64,000 nt of DNA from an uncultured Rhodospirillales bacterium. Lineage in GTDB: Bacteria > Pseudomonadota > Alphaproteobacteria > UBA9219 > RGZA01. The notes below the pieces were generated by a model that was not told where the DNA came from, searched no databases, and saw only the letters and a program-made list of their open reading frames with translations. The stretch covers positions 103,900 through 167,899 of the forward strand of contig CAZMQI010000001.1 in the NCBI GenBank assembly GCA_964568585.1. Direction: 5' to 3'. Within the stretch, counting starts at the first letter, position 1. Every line of letters starts with the position of its first letter. A program made the position numbers and the translations under genes. This document shows positions 19,638 through 30,793 of this stretch, one piece after another.

Positions 19638-20198
19638 ATGAGCGAACCAGTAAAACAACTATTAATTGTCGATGATGATGCGCCACTACGTAACCGCTTG
19701 GCCAAAGCGATGGAACGCAAAGGCTTTGCGGTCATTGCCGCTGAATCAGTGAAAGATGCCATAGCTGCAGCAACCAAAACCCCGCCGAATTATGCCGTAG
19801 TGGACCTTCGCCTGACCGATGGCTATGGTCTTGTGGTGGTGGAAGCCTTGCGTAAACTAAATCCATCCATGCGTATCGTTATTTTGACGGCATATGGAAA
19901 TATCGCATCCGCGGTGACCAGCATGAAACTGGGCGCCGTTGATTATCTTGCCAAGCCGACCGATGCCGATGTGATTGAAAACGCACTGCTGACCGAAAAA
20001 GTAGATGGTTTGCCGCCCCCGCCTGAACAAATCATGTCAGCTGAACGGGTGCGCTGGGAACATATCGCACGCGTGTTTGAACAATGCGACCGCAACATAT
20101 CGGAGACAGCACGCCGTCTCAACATGCACCGCCGTACCTTACAGCGCATTCTTGCCAAGCATGCCCCAAAGGAACACATCGAAATGGATGATGCATAG
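19638..20198 (+). CDS. regA: RegA/PrrA/ActR response regulator
   Basis: Receiver domain plus RVRWEHI...NISETARRLNMHRRTLQRILAK. Confidence 0.96.
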   Translation: MSEPVKQLLIVDDDAPLRNRLAKAMERKGFAVIAAESVKDAIAAATKTPPNYAVVDLRLTDGYGLVVVEALRKLNPSMRIVILTAYGNIASAVTSMKLGAVDYLAKPTDADVIENALLTEKVDGLPPPPEQIMSAERVRWEHIARVFEQCDRNISETARRLNMHRRTLQRILAKHAPKEHIEMDDA

Positions 20199-20204
20199 GG
20201 TTTA

Positions 20205-20233
20205 TTGACCCTTTTCCTGATTGCATCTATCGT
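20205..20233 (+). promoter_or_regulatory. Putative sigma70 promoter, probably leaderless transcript of the O-antigen-ligase gene
   Basis: TTGACC, 17-nt spacer, TATCGT; ATG at 20240 with no SD. Confidence 0.5.
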
Positions 20234-20239
20234 TGCCCG

Positions 20240-21625
20240 ATGTCCGCTTCACCAAAACTTCCTGCACCCACCCTGAGTAATATTGCATTTGCCTGCTATG
20301 TGCTGTGCATTACTTTGTTGCCGATAGGCTTTGGCGGTAACCGCGATGTTCCGTTTGGTATGGCACAGTTAGGCTTGGCACTCTGTGCGCTTCTGTTGGT
20401 TACCGAACAAACCTTATTAAAAGCATGCTACTGGCCAAAGCGCATCATCTGGGCTTTCAGATTATTTGCGCTTGCCATTGCATGGGGATTTTTACAAACG
20501 CAAAGCTTTATGCCCAGCGATTGGCATCATCCGTTATGGCAGGAATCCGCTAAAGCATTAAAGACACAACTGGAAGGAAGCATTGCCTTGTGGCGCGACG
20601 AAGCATTCTTCAGCATCAATCGCATCATCACCTACATCGCCGCCGGTTTGTTGGGTTATGTATTTGCACAGGACACAGCGAGAGCAAAACTTATGCTGCA
20701 AGCACTGTGGTATTCAGGCATTGCGCTATGCATATACGGCTATTTCAATGTCATGACTGATAGCATCAAGGTATTATGGGTTGATAAGCAGCAATATGAA
20801 CATGATTTAACATCCACGTTCATGAGCAAGAACCACTTCGCGATTTATGCAGCATTGGTATTATTGTGTGGCTGCGCCCTGCTCTATCAATCATGGCGCA
20901 ATGCGTTGCGCGAAACGCGCGAAAAACTTGTTATCAAGACGTTCATGAACTGGGCAGTGAAAGCCTACATCCCGTTCTTTTTAGTACTTTATGTATTTGG
21001 GGCCATCCTGCTGTCACATAGCCGCGCGGCGTTACTGCTTAGCATGCTTGGCATATCAGTATTTTTTATCTGCTACCAGCTATACGCCAAGCAATGGGGC
21101 CGTGCCATTATACTATTTCTTATCTCTGCTGGCTGCTGTGCAGCGGTCATATCCATTGCCGTGGAATCATCGCAGCATTTTGCAAGTTTGTTTACCGATC
21201 AATCCTCTGCCGACCGGATGAGCGTATATAATATATGCATCGCTGCGATTGGCGATAACCCTTGGCTTGGCTATGGGCTTGGGTCATTTCAGGCCGTATT
21301 TAGAATGTATAATAATAGCGTTAGCGCCTCCTTCAATCATGCCCATAGCGATATTTTGGAAAGCCTTGTTGATTTAGGATTGCCGGCAGGATTGATGCTG
21401 TGGGGTGCGATGGCGTTGCTCATTAGCGGCTTGCTGCGCGGTATTTTCAAACGGCGCCGCAACGGGATTTATCCGGTACTCGGCCTTGCAACAACTCTTA
21501 TGGTGCTATTGCACAGTGGCGTGGATTTCAGCCTGCAAATTCCGGGGGTCGCGATGCCATTTGCGATGCTGCTGGGCGCCAGCCTCGCGCAAAGCTGGGG
21601 CTCAAGCGATAAAACAGAAGCTTAA
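20240..21625 (+). CDS. O-antigen ligase / Wzy_C family membrane protein
   Basis: Many TM segments; SHSRAA, PWLGYGLGSF, HAHSD, HSGVDFSLQIP. Confidence 0.88.
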   Translation: MSASPKLPAPTLSNIAFACYVLCITLLPIGFGGNRDVPFGMAQLGLALCALLLVTEQTLLKACYWPKRIIWAFRLFALAIAWGFLQTQSFMPSDWHHPLWQESAKALKTQLEGSIALWRDEAFFSINRIITYIAAGLLGYVFAQDTARAKLMLQALWYSGIALCIYGYFNVMTDSIKVLWVDKQQYEHDLTSTFMSKNHFAIYAALVLLCGCALLYQSWRNALRETREKLVIKTFMNWAVKAYIPFFLVLYVFGAILLSHSRAALLLSMLGISVFFICYQLYAKQWGRAIILFLISAGCCAAVISIAVESSQHFASLFTDQSSADRMSVYNICIAAIGDNPWLGYGLGSFQAVFRMYNNSVSASFNHAHSDILESLVDLGLPAGLMLWGAMALLISGLLRGIFKRRRNGIYPVLGLATTLMVLLHSGVDFSLQIPGVAMPFAMLLGASLAQSWGSSDKTEA

Positions 21626-22197
21626 TGCTTACGCGTCTTATTCAGGCGCGCCAATAATTCAGGATCGCCTTCAATCGCCATATCAAATACATGATGAAGA
21701 TGATGCCGTGCAATCACATTGTACATATTATCCCAGTTTTCACGATATGATCTGCGCCACATATCGACTTCACGGGCCTTATCTGCATTGGTATGTAAAT
21801 CAGCATAATCACGCCACATCAAAATACGCTCCATCCCGCCGGCATTATCAGGCTGTGCGATTTTGTCAGCAAAACGCAGGGCATCGAATGCGCCTGCGCG
21901 GTCACCAATCGCGTTTTTACGCAAGAATGACAAACGCATCCACGCATATGGCTCAATCGGATTTTGGATGAGCAAGGCTTCCTGCTGCTTCAGCAGATTG
22001 GCATAGCTCTGCACTTTCTGTGCAAAGGGTAACGCATCACTTTGATTGAGGGTAATAGCCAATTGTTCATTGGCAGCCATGGTTGGCCTGAAATCGAAGA
22101 ACAGATTGATGCTGGCAAACCAACACAACGCCGCAGCGAGCACCAGCAAAGAGCCCCATCTTCCAATCGACTTAAATGGTGCTGAACCCGTGGTCAT
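21622..22197 (-). CDS. Hypothetical membrane-anchored helical (TPR-like) protein in polysaccharide locus
   Basis: N-terminal TM; LIQNPIEPYAWMRL; starts 8 nt after the Wzc-like stop. Confidence 0.7.
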   Translation of the reverse strand: MTTGSAPFKSIGRWGSLLVLAAALCWFASINLFFDFRPTMAANEQLAITLNQSDALPFAQKVQSYANLLKQQEALLIQNPIEPYAWMRLSFLRKNAIGDRAGAFDALRFADKIAQPDNAGGMERILMWRDYADLHTNADKAREVDMWRRSYRENWDNMYNVIARHHLHHVFDMAIEGDPELLARLNKTRKH

Positions 22198-22205
22198 CGC
22201 ATGCG

Positions 22206-24359
22206 CTAGTTAGTGTAATAATCTTTATACTTGCCGTAATAATAACCGTAATCGCCATAGCCATACTCTTTTTGCTCTTCCAAATTAACTTGGTTAAGCA
22301 CAACGCCGGCAATCTTAACATTATAATCGGTAAGGCGTTTGATGCCTTGCTTGATCACTTCGCGCGGGGTTGACGCCCAACGAACGAGATAAAGCGTTGT
22401 ATCAACCAGCTTCGATACCACCGCACTATCCGAAACTGCGATAACTGGCGGTGTATCGACAACGACAATATCATATTGTTCACGAGCAACAGCAAGCAAC
22501 CGTTCCATTTGTTTGGATGCCAACAAATCATGCGGGTTTGGCGTCTTGGATTTTGCAATTACCACATCCATACCGCTAATGTCACGCTGCACAGCTTCAT
22601 TTAATTGCACTTCACCAGTTAATATTCTGGCCAAGTCAGGCTTAGTCTTATCAAGCCCCAATACACTATGTACGCGTGGGCGACGCATGTCGGCGTCTAT
22701 CAGCAATACACGCGCCCCTGACTTCGCCATGACGCGGGCAAAGCAAAGCGAAAAGATGGTTTTTCCTTCACCAGGAAGCGAACTGGTCACCATAATCACA
22801 CGCGGTGGCGTATCCACATTCGAGAAGTGGACGGCAGTACGGACGCCACGAATGGATTCAGCATAAACTGAAAGTGGTTTTTCAAGAACATAATCGGTCG
22901 GCAATTGGTCACCGCTTTCAATCAATGGCACAATACCAAGCCCCGCAACACCCAATGCGGTTTCCATTACATTTAAATCGCGGTAACCGCGTTCCATATA
23001 TTCAAGGATCAGTGCCAGACCAAAGCCAAGCATGGTACCCAACACCAAACTAAGCGCGAAGAAAATAACAGGATCCGGGAAGTATGGGCGCAATGCCACT
23101 TCGCCTTTTGCCACAATACGTGCATCCGCCATCTGTAAATCTTGCTGTTCTGCAATCTGTTTAAAGCGTGCAAGAAAGCTTTCATAAAGGGTTTTATTGG
23201 CATCGGCTTCACGGCGTAGCTGGCGCAAAGTTACCATCGCCTGATCACCCTCCCCTGTCTGGTTTTTAAGGGCCGTAACACCATCTTCAAGACTTTTCAC
23301 CTTGCTGCGAGCGATATCCAAATCGCTGTCCGCACCACTTAGAATCTTTTGGGTTTCTTCTTCCACTTTGGCAGTAATGTCGCGCAACTCATTGTGAACA
23401 TTAATCATTGTCGGATGGCGTGCGCCATAACGCGCGGACAAATCTGCTTCTTTACGACGCACTTCTGCAAGTTGACGCTTCAGCTCCTGAATGAGCGGCG
23501 ATGACATTACGACCGAGGCGGTTTTGCCGTTTTCCTTTAAATTAGCGATGGTCTTCTGCCGCGCTTCTGCCTGTGAAAGCTCTGCTCGTGCCGAAATCAG
23601 CTGGGTACTGATATCGGTCAATTGCTTTTGCGTAATGGTTTCCTCATCCGCGCCGACAAGATTGTGCGCTTGACGGAAATCTTCGACAGCCTTTTCACTA
23701 ATACGCAGTTCATCACGAAGCCCCTCCAAACGCTTTCCAAGCCATTCATTGGCGCGCTGGCTTGTATCAAACTTCACTTCCAATTGATCGACCAGATACT
23801 GGTCAGCAAATGCATTGGTGATATTGGCAGCACGCTGTGCATCCGTATCACGGTAGCGAATGGAAATACTGTAAGAGCGGCCATCATTTTCAACTTCAAG
23901 ATTTTTCTTGAGTTTATTTGCAATCATGGTGCGCTCGGTACTTTCGCTGCGCTCCTTCTCTTCATCGCTCTTCTTCCATGGAAGAAGTTTAGCAAACCAG
24001 CTAAGACCACGCAGATTGGGATTAAAATCCGGATCTTCATTCAACTTTAATTGCTTTTGTACACGGTCAATCACAGCTCTGGAGCTGATGATATCAATTT
24101 CGGTACGCACCGCTGATGTATCCAGCGATACGTTCGAAACGACCGCTTCCATATTGGTGACACGGGTTTTACGACTGTCCATCATCACGATGGCTTCGCT
24201 TACATAACGTGGCTTGGCAACAAATGCGAATAGCATGGCCAGAATAACTGTGGCCAGAATAACGCGGCCAATCAGCAAAGCATTGCGTTTAACGAAGTAC
24301 CAAATTTTAAGCAATTCACCAGATGATATAAAATCGTCTTGTTCTTGTTCCGTGGACAT
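22206..24359 (-). CDS. Wzc/GumC-like polysaccharide co-polymerase tyrosine autokinase
   Basis: Two TMs flanking coiled coil; SSLPGEGKT Walker A, IDADMRRP, VDTPPV; C-terminal Tyr cluster YGYGDYGYYYGKYKDYY. Confidence 0.93.
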   Translation of the reverse strand: MSTEQEQDDFISSGELLKIWYFVKRNALLIGRVILATVILAMLFAFVAKPRYVSEAIVMMDSRKTRVTNMEAVVSNVSLDTSAVRTEIDIISSRAVIDRVQKQLKLNEDPDFNPNLRGLSWFAKLLPWKKSDEEKERSESTERTMIANKLKKNLEVENDGRSYSISIRYRDTDAQRAANITNAFADQYLVDQLEVKFDTSQRANEWLGKRLEGLRDELRISEKAVEDFRQAHNLVGADEETITQKQLTDISTQLISARAELSQAEARQKTIANLKENGKTASVVMSSPLIQELKRQLAEVRRKEADLSARYGARHPTMINVHNELRDITAKVEEETQKILSGADSDLDIARSKVKSLEDGVTALKNQTGEGDQAMVTLRQLRREADANKTLYESFLARFKQIAEQQDLQMADARIVAKGEVALRPYFPDPVIFFALSLVLGTMLGFGLALILEYMERGYRDLNVMETALGVAGLGIVPLIESGDQLPTDYVLEKPLSVYAESIRGVRTAVHFSNVDTPPRVIMVTSSLPGEGKTIFSLCFARVMAKSGARVLLIDADMRRPRVHSVLGLDKTKPDLARILTGEVQLNEAVQRDISGMDVVIAKSKTPNPHDLLASKQMERLLAVAREQYDIVVVDTPPVIAVSDSAVVSKLVDTTLYLVRWASTPREVIKQGIKRLTDYNVKIAGVVLNQVNLEEQKEYGYGDYGYYYGKYKDYYTN

Positions 24360-24464
24360 GCGGGGCTTTCTAAATTTTAACCTTCAAGATAAGGGCAATT
24401 TATATAGGTTCCCAAAAGCCCACGCCACTTAAAAGAGACGGGCATTTCGTTCAATCAATAATCA

Positions 24465-25586
24465 TTACTTTTTTGGCGCATTTTCGCGCATAGCCTGCGT
24501 AACAAAAGCATTAAAATCATAGCGAAACCGTCCAACTTCAAACCGTTCCGCATTACGGCGAATAGTTTGCTTATCAAAGGACTGTGCTATCGCTTCAAAT
24601 CGCTTCACGCCGTCGATTAATGACTCTGTCGTTTGGTTCTGGAAAAAGACACCCGTGTGGCCATCGCTCACTGTTTCCAATGCACCGCCCTTGCCAAATG
24701 CAATCACAGGCGTGCCACATCCTTGCGCTTCTACTGGAACAATTCCGAAATCTTCTTCAGCTGCGAATACAAATGCTTTGGCACGCTGCATGTAATCAAT
24801 GACTACAGAGCGTGGTTGATGGCCAAGAAATTCAATATACGGTCCTGCAACAGCTCTGGCCGCTTCCATTTCAGGCCCATCGCCCATGACAACCAACCGC
24901 TTACCAGGCATGCGCGCAAACGCTTCTACAATCAGCGGGATTTTTTTATACGGCACAAAGCGCGATACTGTTAGGTAGAATTCTTCCTTTGGTTTGTTGC
25001 CAATCACAAATTCGTCCAATTGCACGGGCGGATAAATGACATTCGCCTCACGCGCATAGCATTTCTTGATGCGCTTGGCGATAAAACTGGAATTGGCGAT
25101 GAAGTGATCCACCCCATTCACCGTGCGACAATCCCACATCCTCATATAATGTAAAATGATACGCGCGATCATACTTTTAATACCCGTCGCCATCTTTGCT
25201 TCACGCAAATACACATGCTGCAAATCCCACGCATAACGAATGGGGCTATGAACGTAAGAGATATGCACTTGATCAGGGCCAGTGATTACGCCTTTGGCTA
25301 CGGCGTGCGATGAACTGATGACAAGGTCATAGCCGGACACATCAAACTGCTCTATGGCTAATGGCATAAGAGGTAAATACGAACGGTAATGCTTTTGTGC
25401 AAACGGAAGATTTTGAATGAAACTGGTAAAACAACGCGACCCATTCAATAGTTTAGCATCTTCAACATTCAAAAAATTGACCAGTGTAAAAACATCCGCG
25501 CCAGGATACATGAGCAATAGCTGCTCGAGCACAGCTTCTGCGCCCGCCTTGGTCACAAGCCAATCATGAATAATGGCGATTTTCAT
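24465..25586 (-). CDS. GT4 glycosyltransferase (WbaZ/RfbU-like)
   Basis: MKIAIIHDWL..AGAE, EEDFGIVPVEAQGCGTPVIA. Confidence 0.92.
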   Translation of the reverse strand: MKIAIIHDWLVTKAGAEAVLEQLLLMYPGADVFTLVNFLNVEDAKLLNGSRCFTSFIQNLPFAQKHYRSYLPLMPLAIEQFDVSGYDLVISSSHAVAKGVITGPDQVHISYVHSPIRYAWDLQHVYLREAKMATGIKSMIARIILHYMRMWDCRTVNGVDHFIANSSFIAKRIKKCYAREANVIYPPVQLDEFVIGNKPKEEFYLTVSRFVPYKKIPLIVEAFARMPGKRLVVMGDGPEMEAARAVAGPYIEFLGHQPRSVVIDYMQRAKAFVFAAEEDFGIVPVEAQGCGTPVIAFGKGGALETVSDGHTGVFFQNQTTESLIDGVKRFEAIAQSFDKQTIRRNAERFEVGRFRYDFNAFVTQAMRENAPKK

Positions 25587-25730
25587 AACAACGTCCAACG
25601 CACAAAGATAAAATAAGAGCTACAAGTTCCAGTTAGGTCCGTCTTTCATAGCACAATGAAATATGCTACGCCTATGCGTAAAGTTGGTCTTTACGATCCT
25701 TTTATACCTTGCCGTTCCGAAAGTAATTCA

Positions 25731-26810
25731 ATGCGATTGATTGTTGATGCACGAATGATAAATGCAAGCGGCATTGGCATCTATTTGCAAAATGTGCTTC
25801 GCCGCATCATAACATCAAACAAAGACTGGACATTTATTGTTTTGGGGAAGCCATCCGAACTGGCTTCATTCCCTTGGCTTAATACCCCACAAATTTCCGT
25901 ACATCCTTTTCTAGCCCCCATCTATTCATTACAAGAACAATGGTGGTGGCTATTCAATCGCGTTAAAGGGGATGTGCTGTGGGTTCCGCACTACAACATC
26001 CCGTTATTATATTCTGGCAAATTGATTTCAACGGTGCATGACTTGGCACATATCGTACTGGATGATTACCGCACATCCTTCATCAAGCGTGTATATGCAT
26101 CTATACTTTTTCATGCTGTGCGTCTGCGTGCCAACACAATCATCTTTGTTTCAAACTTTACCAAAAAAGAATTCACGACACATATTGGTATACCCGCCTG
26201 CCCTACATACGTCATTCATCAAGGCGTTGATACTGCGTGGCGATTAAGCGCACCAGCACAAACCCATCTACAGCCATACATTGTATATGTCGGCAATGTG
26301 AAGCCGCATAAGAACCTGCGCCGATTACTTGCTGCATTTGAAAGCATTCAATCCAAAATCCCGCACAAGCTGATAATAATCGGTAAAAAGTCCGGGTTTA
26401 TTACTGGTGATACAACGGTTGAACACGACGCTACAAAGCTTGGAAACCGCGTGGAATTCACTGGCCATATCAGCGATGATGCCATGCGTGCATTAGTCAC
26501 CAATGCCGATTTACTTGTCATGCCATCCTATTATGAAGGGTTTGGGCTACCTGTCATCGAAGCCATGGCGGCAAGCTGCCCTGTACTCACATCATCCGCC
26601 GCATCGCTTCCCGAAGTATGCGGTGATGCTGCCGCCTATTTTGATCCCTTGAACGTTGAAGATATGGCCGGTCAGTTGCTTGTACTCCTCTTGGATAACG
26701 CAGCGCGCAATGCGTTGCGTGAAAAAGGGACACAGCAAGCCTTACGCTTTGATTGGAATAAGACAGCGGAATTAACCGGGCAAGCCATCAAGGACACAAC
26801 ATCACCATGA
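25731..26810 (+). CDS. GT4 glycosyltransferase (mannosyltransferase-like)
   Basis: SGIGIY, KPHKNL, PSYYEGFGLPVIEAMA, SLPEVCGDAA. Confidence 0.92.
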   Translation: MRLIVDARMINASGIGIYLQNVLRRIITSNKDWTFIVLGKPSELASFPWLNTPQISVHPFLAPIYSLQEQWWWLFNRVKGDVLWVPHYNIPLLYSGKLISTVHDLAHIVLDDYRTSFIKRVYASILFHAVRLRANTIIFVSNFTKKEFTTHIGIPACPTYVIHQGVDTAWRLSAPAQTHLQPYIVYVGNVKPHKNLRRLLAAFESIQSKIPHKLIIIGKKSGFITGDTTVEHDATKLGNRVEFTGHISDDAMRALVTNADLLVMPSYYEGFGLPVIEAMAASCPVLTSSAASLPEVCGDAAAYFDPLNVEDMAGQLLVLLLDNAARNALREKGTQQALRFDWNKTAELTGQAIKDTTSP

Positions 26811-28066
26811 CGCAGCTATTCAAGATTTTTCTAATAATATGCATGCTATCTGCACCATCTGTGCAAGCATCGCTACTAAAAGAAACGACCATACCAGCCA
26901 ATTTCGGTATCAATGTCCATTTTCTAACCAAAGATTTAGACAAGCACGTCGCATTGTTAAAAGAAATTGGCGTTGGCTGGGTTAGACGCGATCTTGATTG
27001 GGCGAGCGTCGAAAAAGAACAAGGCGTATATAATTTCTCATCCTATGACACGATGATTGATACACTTAATGCGGCAGGCATAAAAGTTCTGCTTATTCTG
27101 GATTATAGAAATGCATTTTATGACAGCAATCTTTCGCCATATACCCATATCGGGCGACAAGCCTTTGCGCGTTTTACGGAAGCTGCTGCAAAACGTTATA
27201 AACATAAAAACGTAGCATGGGAAATTTACAACGAACCCAATTGGGGTTTCTGGAAGCCAGTGCCGAATGTTGAACATTATATCGCGCTTGCTAAAACAGT
27301 TACGCGTACTTTGAGAAAAACTGTTCCACATCAACCTATTCTTGCTGCCGCTCTAGCTGGACCAGTAGTTGAAAAAAGCAAAAAAGAAGCCTTCTATAAT
27401 TATCTGGGCAATGTACTCGCAGATCCCGTTGCAGCAAAATGGGACGCCATAAGTATCCATCCATATCGCGCGCCGCAAAATCCGGAAAGTGTCTTTGATG
27501 AAATGCCGCGTTTACACACGGCGCTTACCAAACATTCCATCAATGCCCCAATCCTGTTTACCGAATGGGGCTATCATACAGGCGATAAGGGCGTGGATGA
27601 AGATACGCAGGCAGCATACGCGGCACGCTCCATGTTGCTCACGGCTTCAATGCATATGCCGTTTTCAATCTGGTATAGCTGGCAGGAAGCAGGAGATGAC
27701 AGCAGCGATAGCGAACAGCAATATGGTCTCATCCGTTTTAATTCGATAGATAGTGATGATACTCGAAAGCCTGCTTTTAATGCCATTCGTGATTTAGGAA
27801 ATGCACTTAACGGTTATCGCTTCGATAAAACTATCAGCAATACGAATGGTGTCTATTGTTTACGATTTAAAAAGGGACGAAGCATTGCATATGCGTTGTG
27901 GACAACAGAAAAAGAAGCCGTGAGCTATGATTTACAACTGTCACCTGGCCATTGGCAGGCAACATCATTACTGGCGGAAACCACTGGCATCGACGTAACA
28001 AATGGTCAGCCTGCATCCTTGCAACTGCAAGCAATGCCGCTTATTGTCAAGCGCGCCACCGAATAA
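26807..28066 (+). CDS. Exported clan GH-A glycoside hydrolase (GH39/GH5-like)
   Basis: Signal peptide; WEIYNEPN acid/base, SIHPY, FTEWG nucleophile. Confidence 0.8.
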   Translation: MTQLFKIFLIICMLSAPSVQASLLKETTIPANFGINVHFLTKDLDKHVALLKEIGVGWVRRDLDWASVEKEQGVYNFSSYDTMIDTLNAAGIKVLLILDYRNAFYDSNLSPYTHIGRQAFARFTEAAAKRYKHKNVAWEIYNEPNWGFWKPVPNVEHYIALAKTVTRTLRKTVPHQPILAAALAGPVVEKSKKEAFYNYLGNVLADPVAAKWDAISIHPYRAPQNPESVFDEMPRLHTALTKHSINAPILFTEWGYHTGDKGVDEDTQAAYAARSMLLTASMHMPFSIWYSWQEAGDDSSDSEQQYGLIRFNSIDSDDTRKPAFNAIRDLGNALNGYRFDKTISNTNGVYCLRFKKGRSIAYALWTTEKEAVSYDLQLSPGHWQATSLLAETTGIDVTNGQPASLQLQAMPLIVKRATE

Positions 28067-28080
28067 GTTATAACAATTGC

Positions 28081-29400
28081 ATGCTGCCGACAGAGATCAG
28101 ATCCAACAGCCCAACCCATAAAAAATCGTGGGGAACCTACGCGTTAAAGCAAGCGATTGGTTTGGCGATGGTATTGCTAATATTAAACGACATGCTTGGT
28201 GGTGCGATTAAATACTACTGCGCCAACGCGTCGTTGCTGTATTTATCCTATATCCCCATCATGTTCGCAGGGATAGTCGTCATCGGCTATTTTATGATTT
28301 ACGGCATCACCATGCACATCCACAAACGCATGGGCTTTTTCTTGCTGTTGTTTCTTTCCTATACCATTTATGCAATTTTCTCGGGCCGCCAAATTGAAGC
28401 CGTGGCATTTGGGCTATATATCTGGCTGCCGTTTTTCTTAGGCATGCTCGTTACCACTTTTGGACTGCAGTATCATTTTCAAAAAAATATTCTGTTGTGG
28501 TGGGCGATTGCAACCACTGGTGTCGTTATAAATATATTTGTCGAATTTCCGTGGACTGGCGAAAGCTACCAGGCTTTTGGACAGACACTGCAAGCCTCTC
28601 GCGACTGGACAGCCTCAGGCGTCGCACGGCTAGCAGGCTTTTCACGCGCAAGCTTTGCTGCGTCAAACCAAATCGCACTGTTTTGCGTGGTCGTTCTGAC
28701 GATGCGTATGAATATTTTTCTAAAAATCGCTATTTGGGCCATATCCGTCGTTGCAATCTACTATACAACCTCAAAAACAACATTGCTGGTAATGGCTATC
28801 GTTCCTTTGTTGATTATTATTGTCGAATTTCTTCAACAACAGGATTATGCAAAGAAAAAACCAACCAAGAATGCAGAACGGTTTGCATTGATAGTACTTA
28901 CAGGACTAGCCAGCGTCACTGTACTGCTTCCAGTTTTATTTTTGACCACACGCGCTAATGTCATAACAATAGATAGCGGAGGGTTTCTTAATATAACTTC
29001 GCTCATGGACCGCATGGCATGGATGTGGCCAACAGCATGGGATCTGGTTTTTAAAAATAGTAACCCATTAACGATGATATTCGGACGCGGAATTGGTGGT
29101 ATTGGAACTCCACAATACTTTTTTGAAGTGCTTATCAGAAATCCTGCTGATAATTTATTTGTCTATTTATATGTAACATTTGGAGCCTTTAGCCTATTCT
29201 TCATACGCCATTTAGTTATCGGGGTGCGCAATTGGCTACCCATCAACAGCAGCGAATTCCTAGTATATTACACTTTAACTGCTGTTATCTTGATAATTGG
29301 CATAACTTCGAACGTGATTGAAAGCTCCACTACTCTGCTGATAATGGGAATACTGCTGGGAAAAACAGCAAACAAGCGGCAAGACACTTTTATCCGTTAG
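28081..29400 (+). CDS. Polytopic membrane protein, probable Wzy polymerase
   Basis: About 10-12 TM segments; RLAGFSR, FGRGIGGIG, PADNLFVY; polysaccharide-cluster context. Confidence 0.65.
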   Translation: MLPTEIRSNSPTHKKSWGTYALKQAIGLAMVLLILNDMLGGAIKYYCANASLLYLSYIPIMFAGIVVIGYFMIYGITMHIHKRMGFFLLLFLSYTIYAIFSGRQIEAVAFGLYIWLPFFLGMLVTTFGLQYHFQKNILLWWAIATTGVVINIFVEFPWTGESYQAFGQTLQASRDWTASGVARLAGFSRASFAASNQIALFCVVVLTMRMNIFLKIAIWAISVVAIYYTTSKTTLLVMAIVPLLIIIVEFLQQQDYAKKKPTKNAERFALIVLTGLASVTVLLPVLFLTTRANVITIDSGGFLNITSLMDRMAWMWPTAWDLVFKNSNPLTMIFGRGIGGIGTPQYFFEVLIRNPADNLFVYLYVTFGAFSLFFIRHLVIGVRNWLPINSSEFLVYYTLTAVILIIGITSNVIESSTTLLIMGILLGKTANKRQDTFIR

Positions 29401-29466
29401 CGCCGCTATCAAACATGACAACACATTGACATCAATACTATCTGAAACGTAATTATAAAATTAAAA

Positions 29467-30792
29467 CTACCTATCAATAAAATCAAAGTTGGCTTGAGAT
29501 AATTCTTGCACATCGTTTAATCGTAAGTTGACCTGTTCACGCAGCACATCTAGTTCATCAACGAACCGTTCTATGCTTGCAATAAAATGAGGCACGTCCA
29601 AAAATACTTTGGGAGATAGTAACAGCCATTCTGGTAGCTTGAAGTGTGCAAATAATCCTTGGAATTTATCTTGATACGTAAGCGCCAGAACTGGCACACC
29701 CATTCCCAGTGATGCGATAGCAAGATGCATACGGCCTGCAATAACTCCGTCTACCTGACCTGCAATAGCTTTTAGTACAGCTGCGGATAGTTCGGTTGTT
29801 ACATGCTTGAAGTTTATTAATCCTGACTTTTCCAATTGCTCGGCAATTGGCTTAAGGCAATTATTATCGCCTTCATTACTACGGTAATCATGTGGCAGTA
29901 AAAGCCAGCTTATTTTTTTCTTACGTGAAGCAACGATGAGTGTCTCTACGCTTGCTTTAATAATCTGTTCTATCTGCTCTGCGCTCGCACTTTTAATTAA
30001 TAGGAGATGAACATTAAATATAAGGACTGAATCGCCTGCTGAACGCCGCTCTGCAATCCATGCCTGCACATCTTTTAATTCAGCATTATCGAAATCTGGC
30101 TTTAAGCAAAATGCCATATCTGCAACCAAACGTGCAGGCGCTGCTGTAAAAGATTTGAAGCGTTCCAATGAAATAATATCTCTTACATTGAAACAAACCT
30201 TTTTGTGAACATCGTCAAATACATCTTTAAGATTCTGCGAAGGCGATGCATTAAAACTAAACCCTAGAAATCCAGTGGCAATTCCTAAACGCGCCGCAAT
30301 ATCACAATAAATCAGCAAAGTGAGTGCGCTTAAAGAGTTATAATATCCATCCATTACATCTGCGCCCACGACAACAAATGCATCAGGTGCATATTTTTCT
30401 AAATCAACAGCAAATTTTTTCGGATTGATAATGTCTGGCCATATCTGCATTGGATAGCAGCCCTTCGCTCGCACAACAGCACTTGCTGCATCTGTTGCTG
30501 TCACAACTGCAATCTGTACATTGGGATTATTTTTCGTAATAATTTGAATAAACGCATCCAACATTGCCTCATCACCGCGCGATCCTGTAAGGGTGTGCGG
30601 GTCTGGAGGAACAATCAGTATTTTACGAACTGTGCCACCAAAAACAGCCCGCTGTTTGAACGCATAGGATTCAACTACTTTCTTCCATGCTTGCTTTGCA
30701 TTTTCAAACGTATACCTATCATGAATTTTCTTTACATATGGAATGCGCGCAATAATCGCATTCACTAATCGCTGCAGCGTGATTTTTTTCAT
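29467..30792 (-). CDS. Polysaccharide pyruvyl transferase family protein
   Basis: GSRGDEAM, VRDIIS, VADMAF, GRMHLAIASL..GVP...YQDKF. Confidence 0.88.
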   Translation of the reverse strand: MKKITLQRLVNAIIARIPYVKKIHDRYTFENAKQAWKKVVESYAFKQRAVFGGTVRKILIVPPDPHTLTGSRGDEAMLDAFIQIITKNNPNVQIAVVTATDAASAVVRAKGCYPMQIWPDIINPKKFAVDLEKYAPDAFVVVGADVMDGYYNSLSALTLLIYCDIAARLGIATGFLGFSFNASPSQNLKDVFDDVHKKVCFNVRDIISLERFKSFTAAPARLVADMAFCLKPDFDNAELKDVQAWIAERRSAGDSVLIFNVHLLLIKSASAEQIEQIIKASVETLIVASRKKKISWLLLPHDYRSNEGDNNCLKPIAEQLEKSGLINFKHVTTELSAAVLKAIAGQVDGVIAGRMHLAIASLGMGVPVLALTYQDKFQGLFAHFKLPEWLLLSPKVFLDVPHFIASIERFVDELDVLREQVNLRLNDVQELSQANFDFIDR

Positions 30793-30793
30793 T

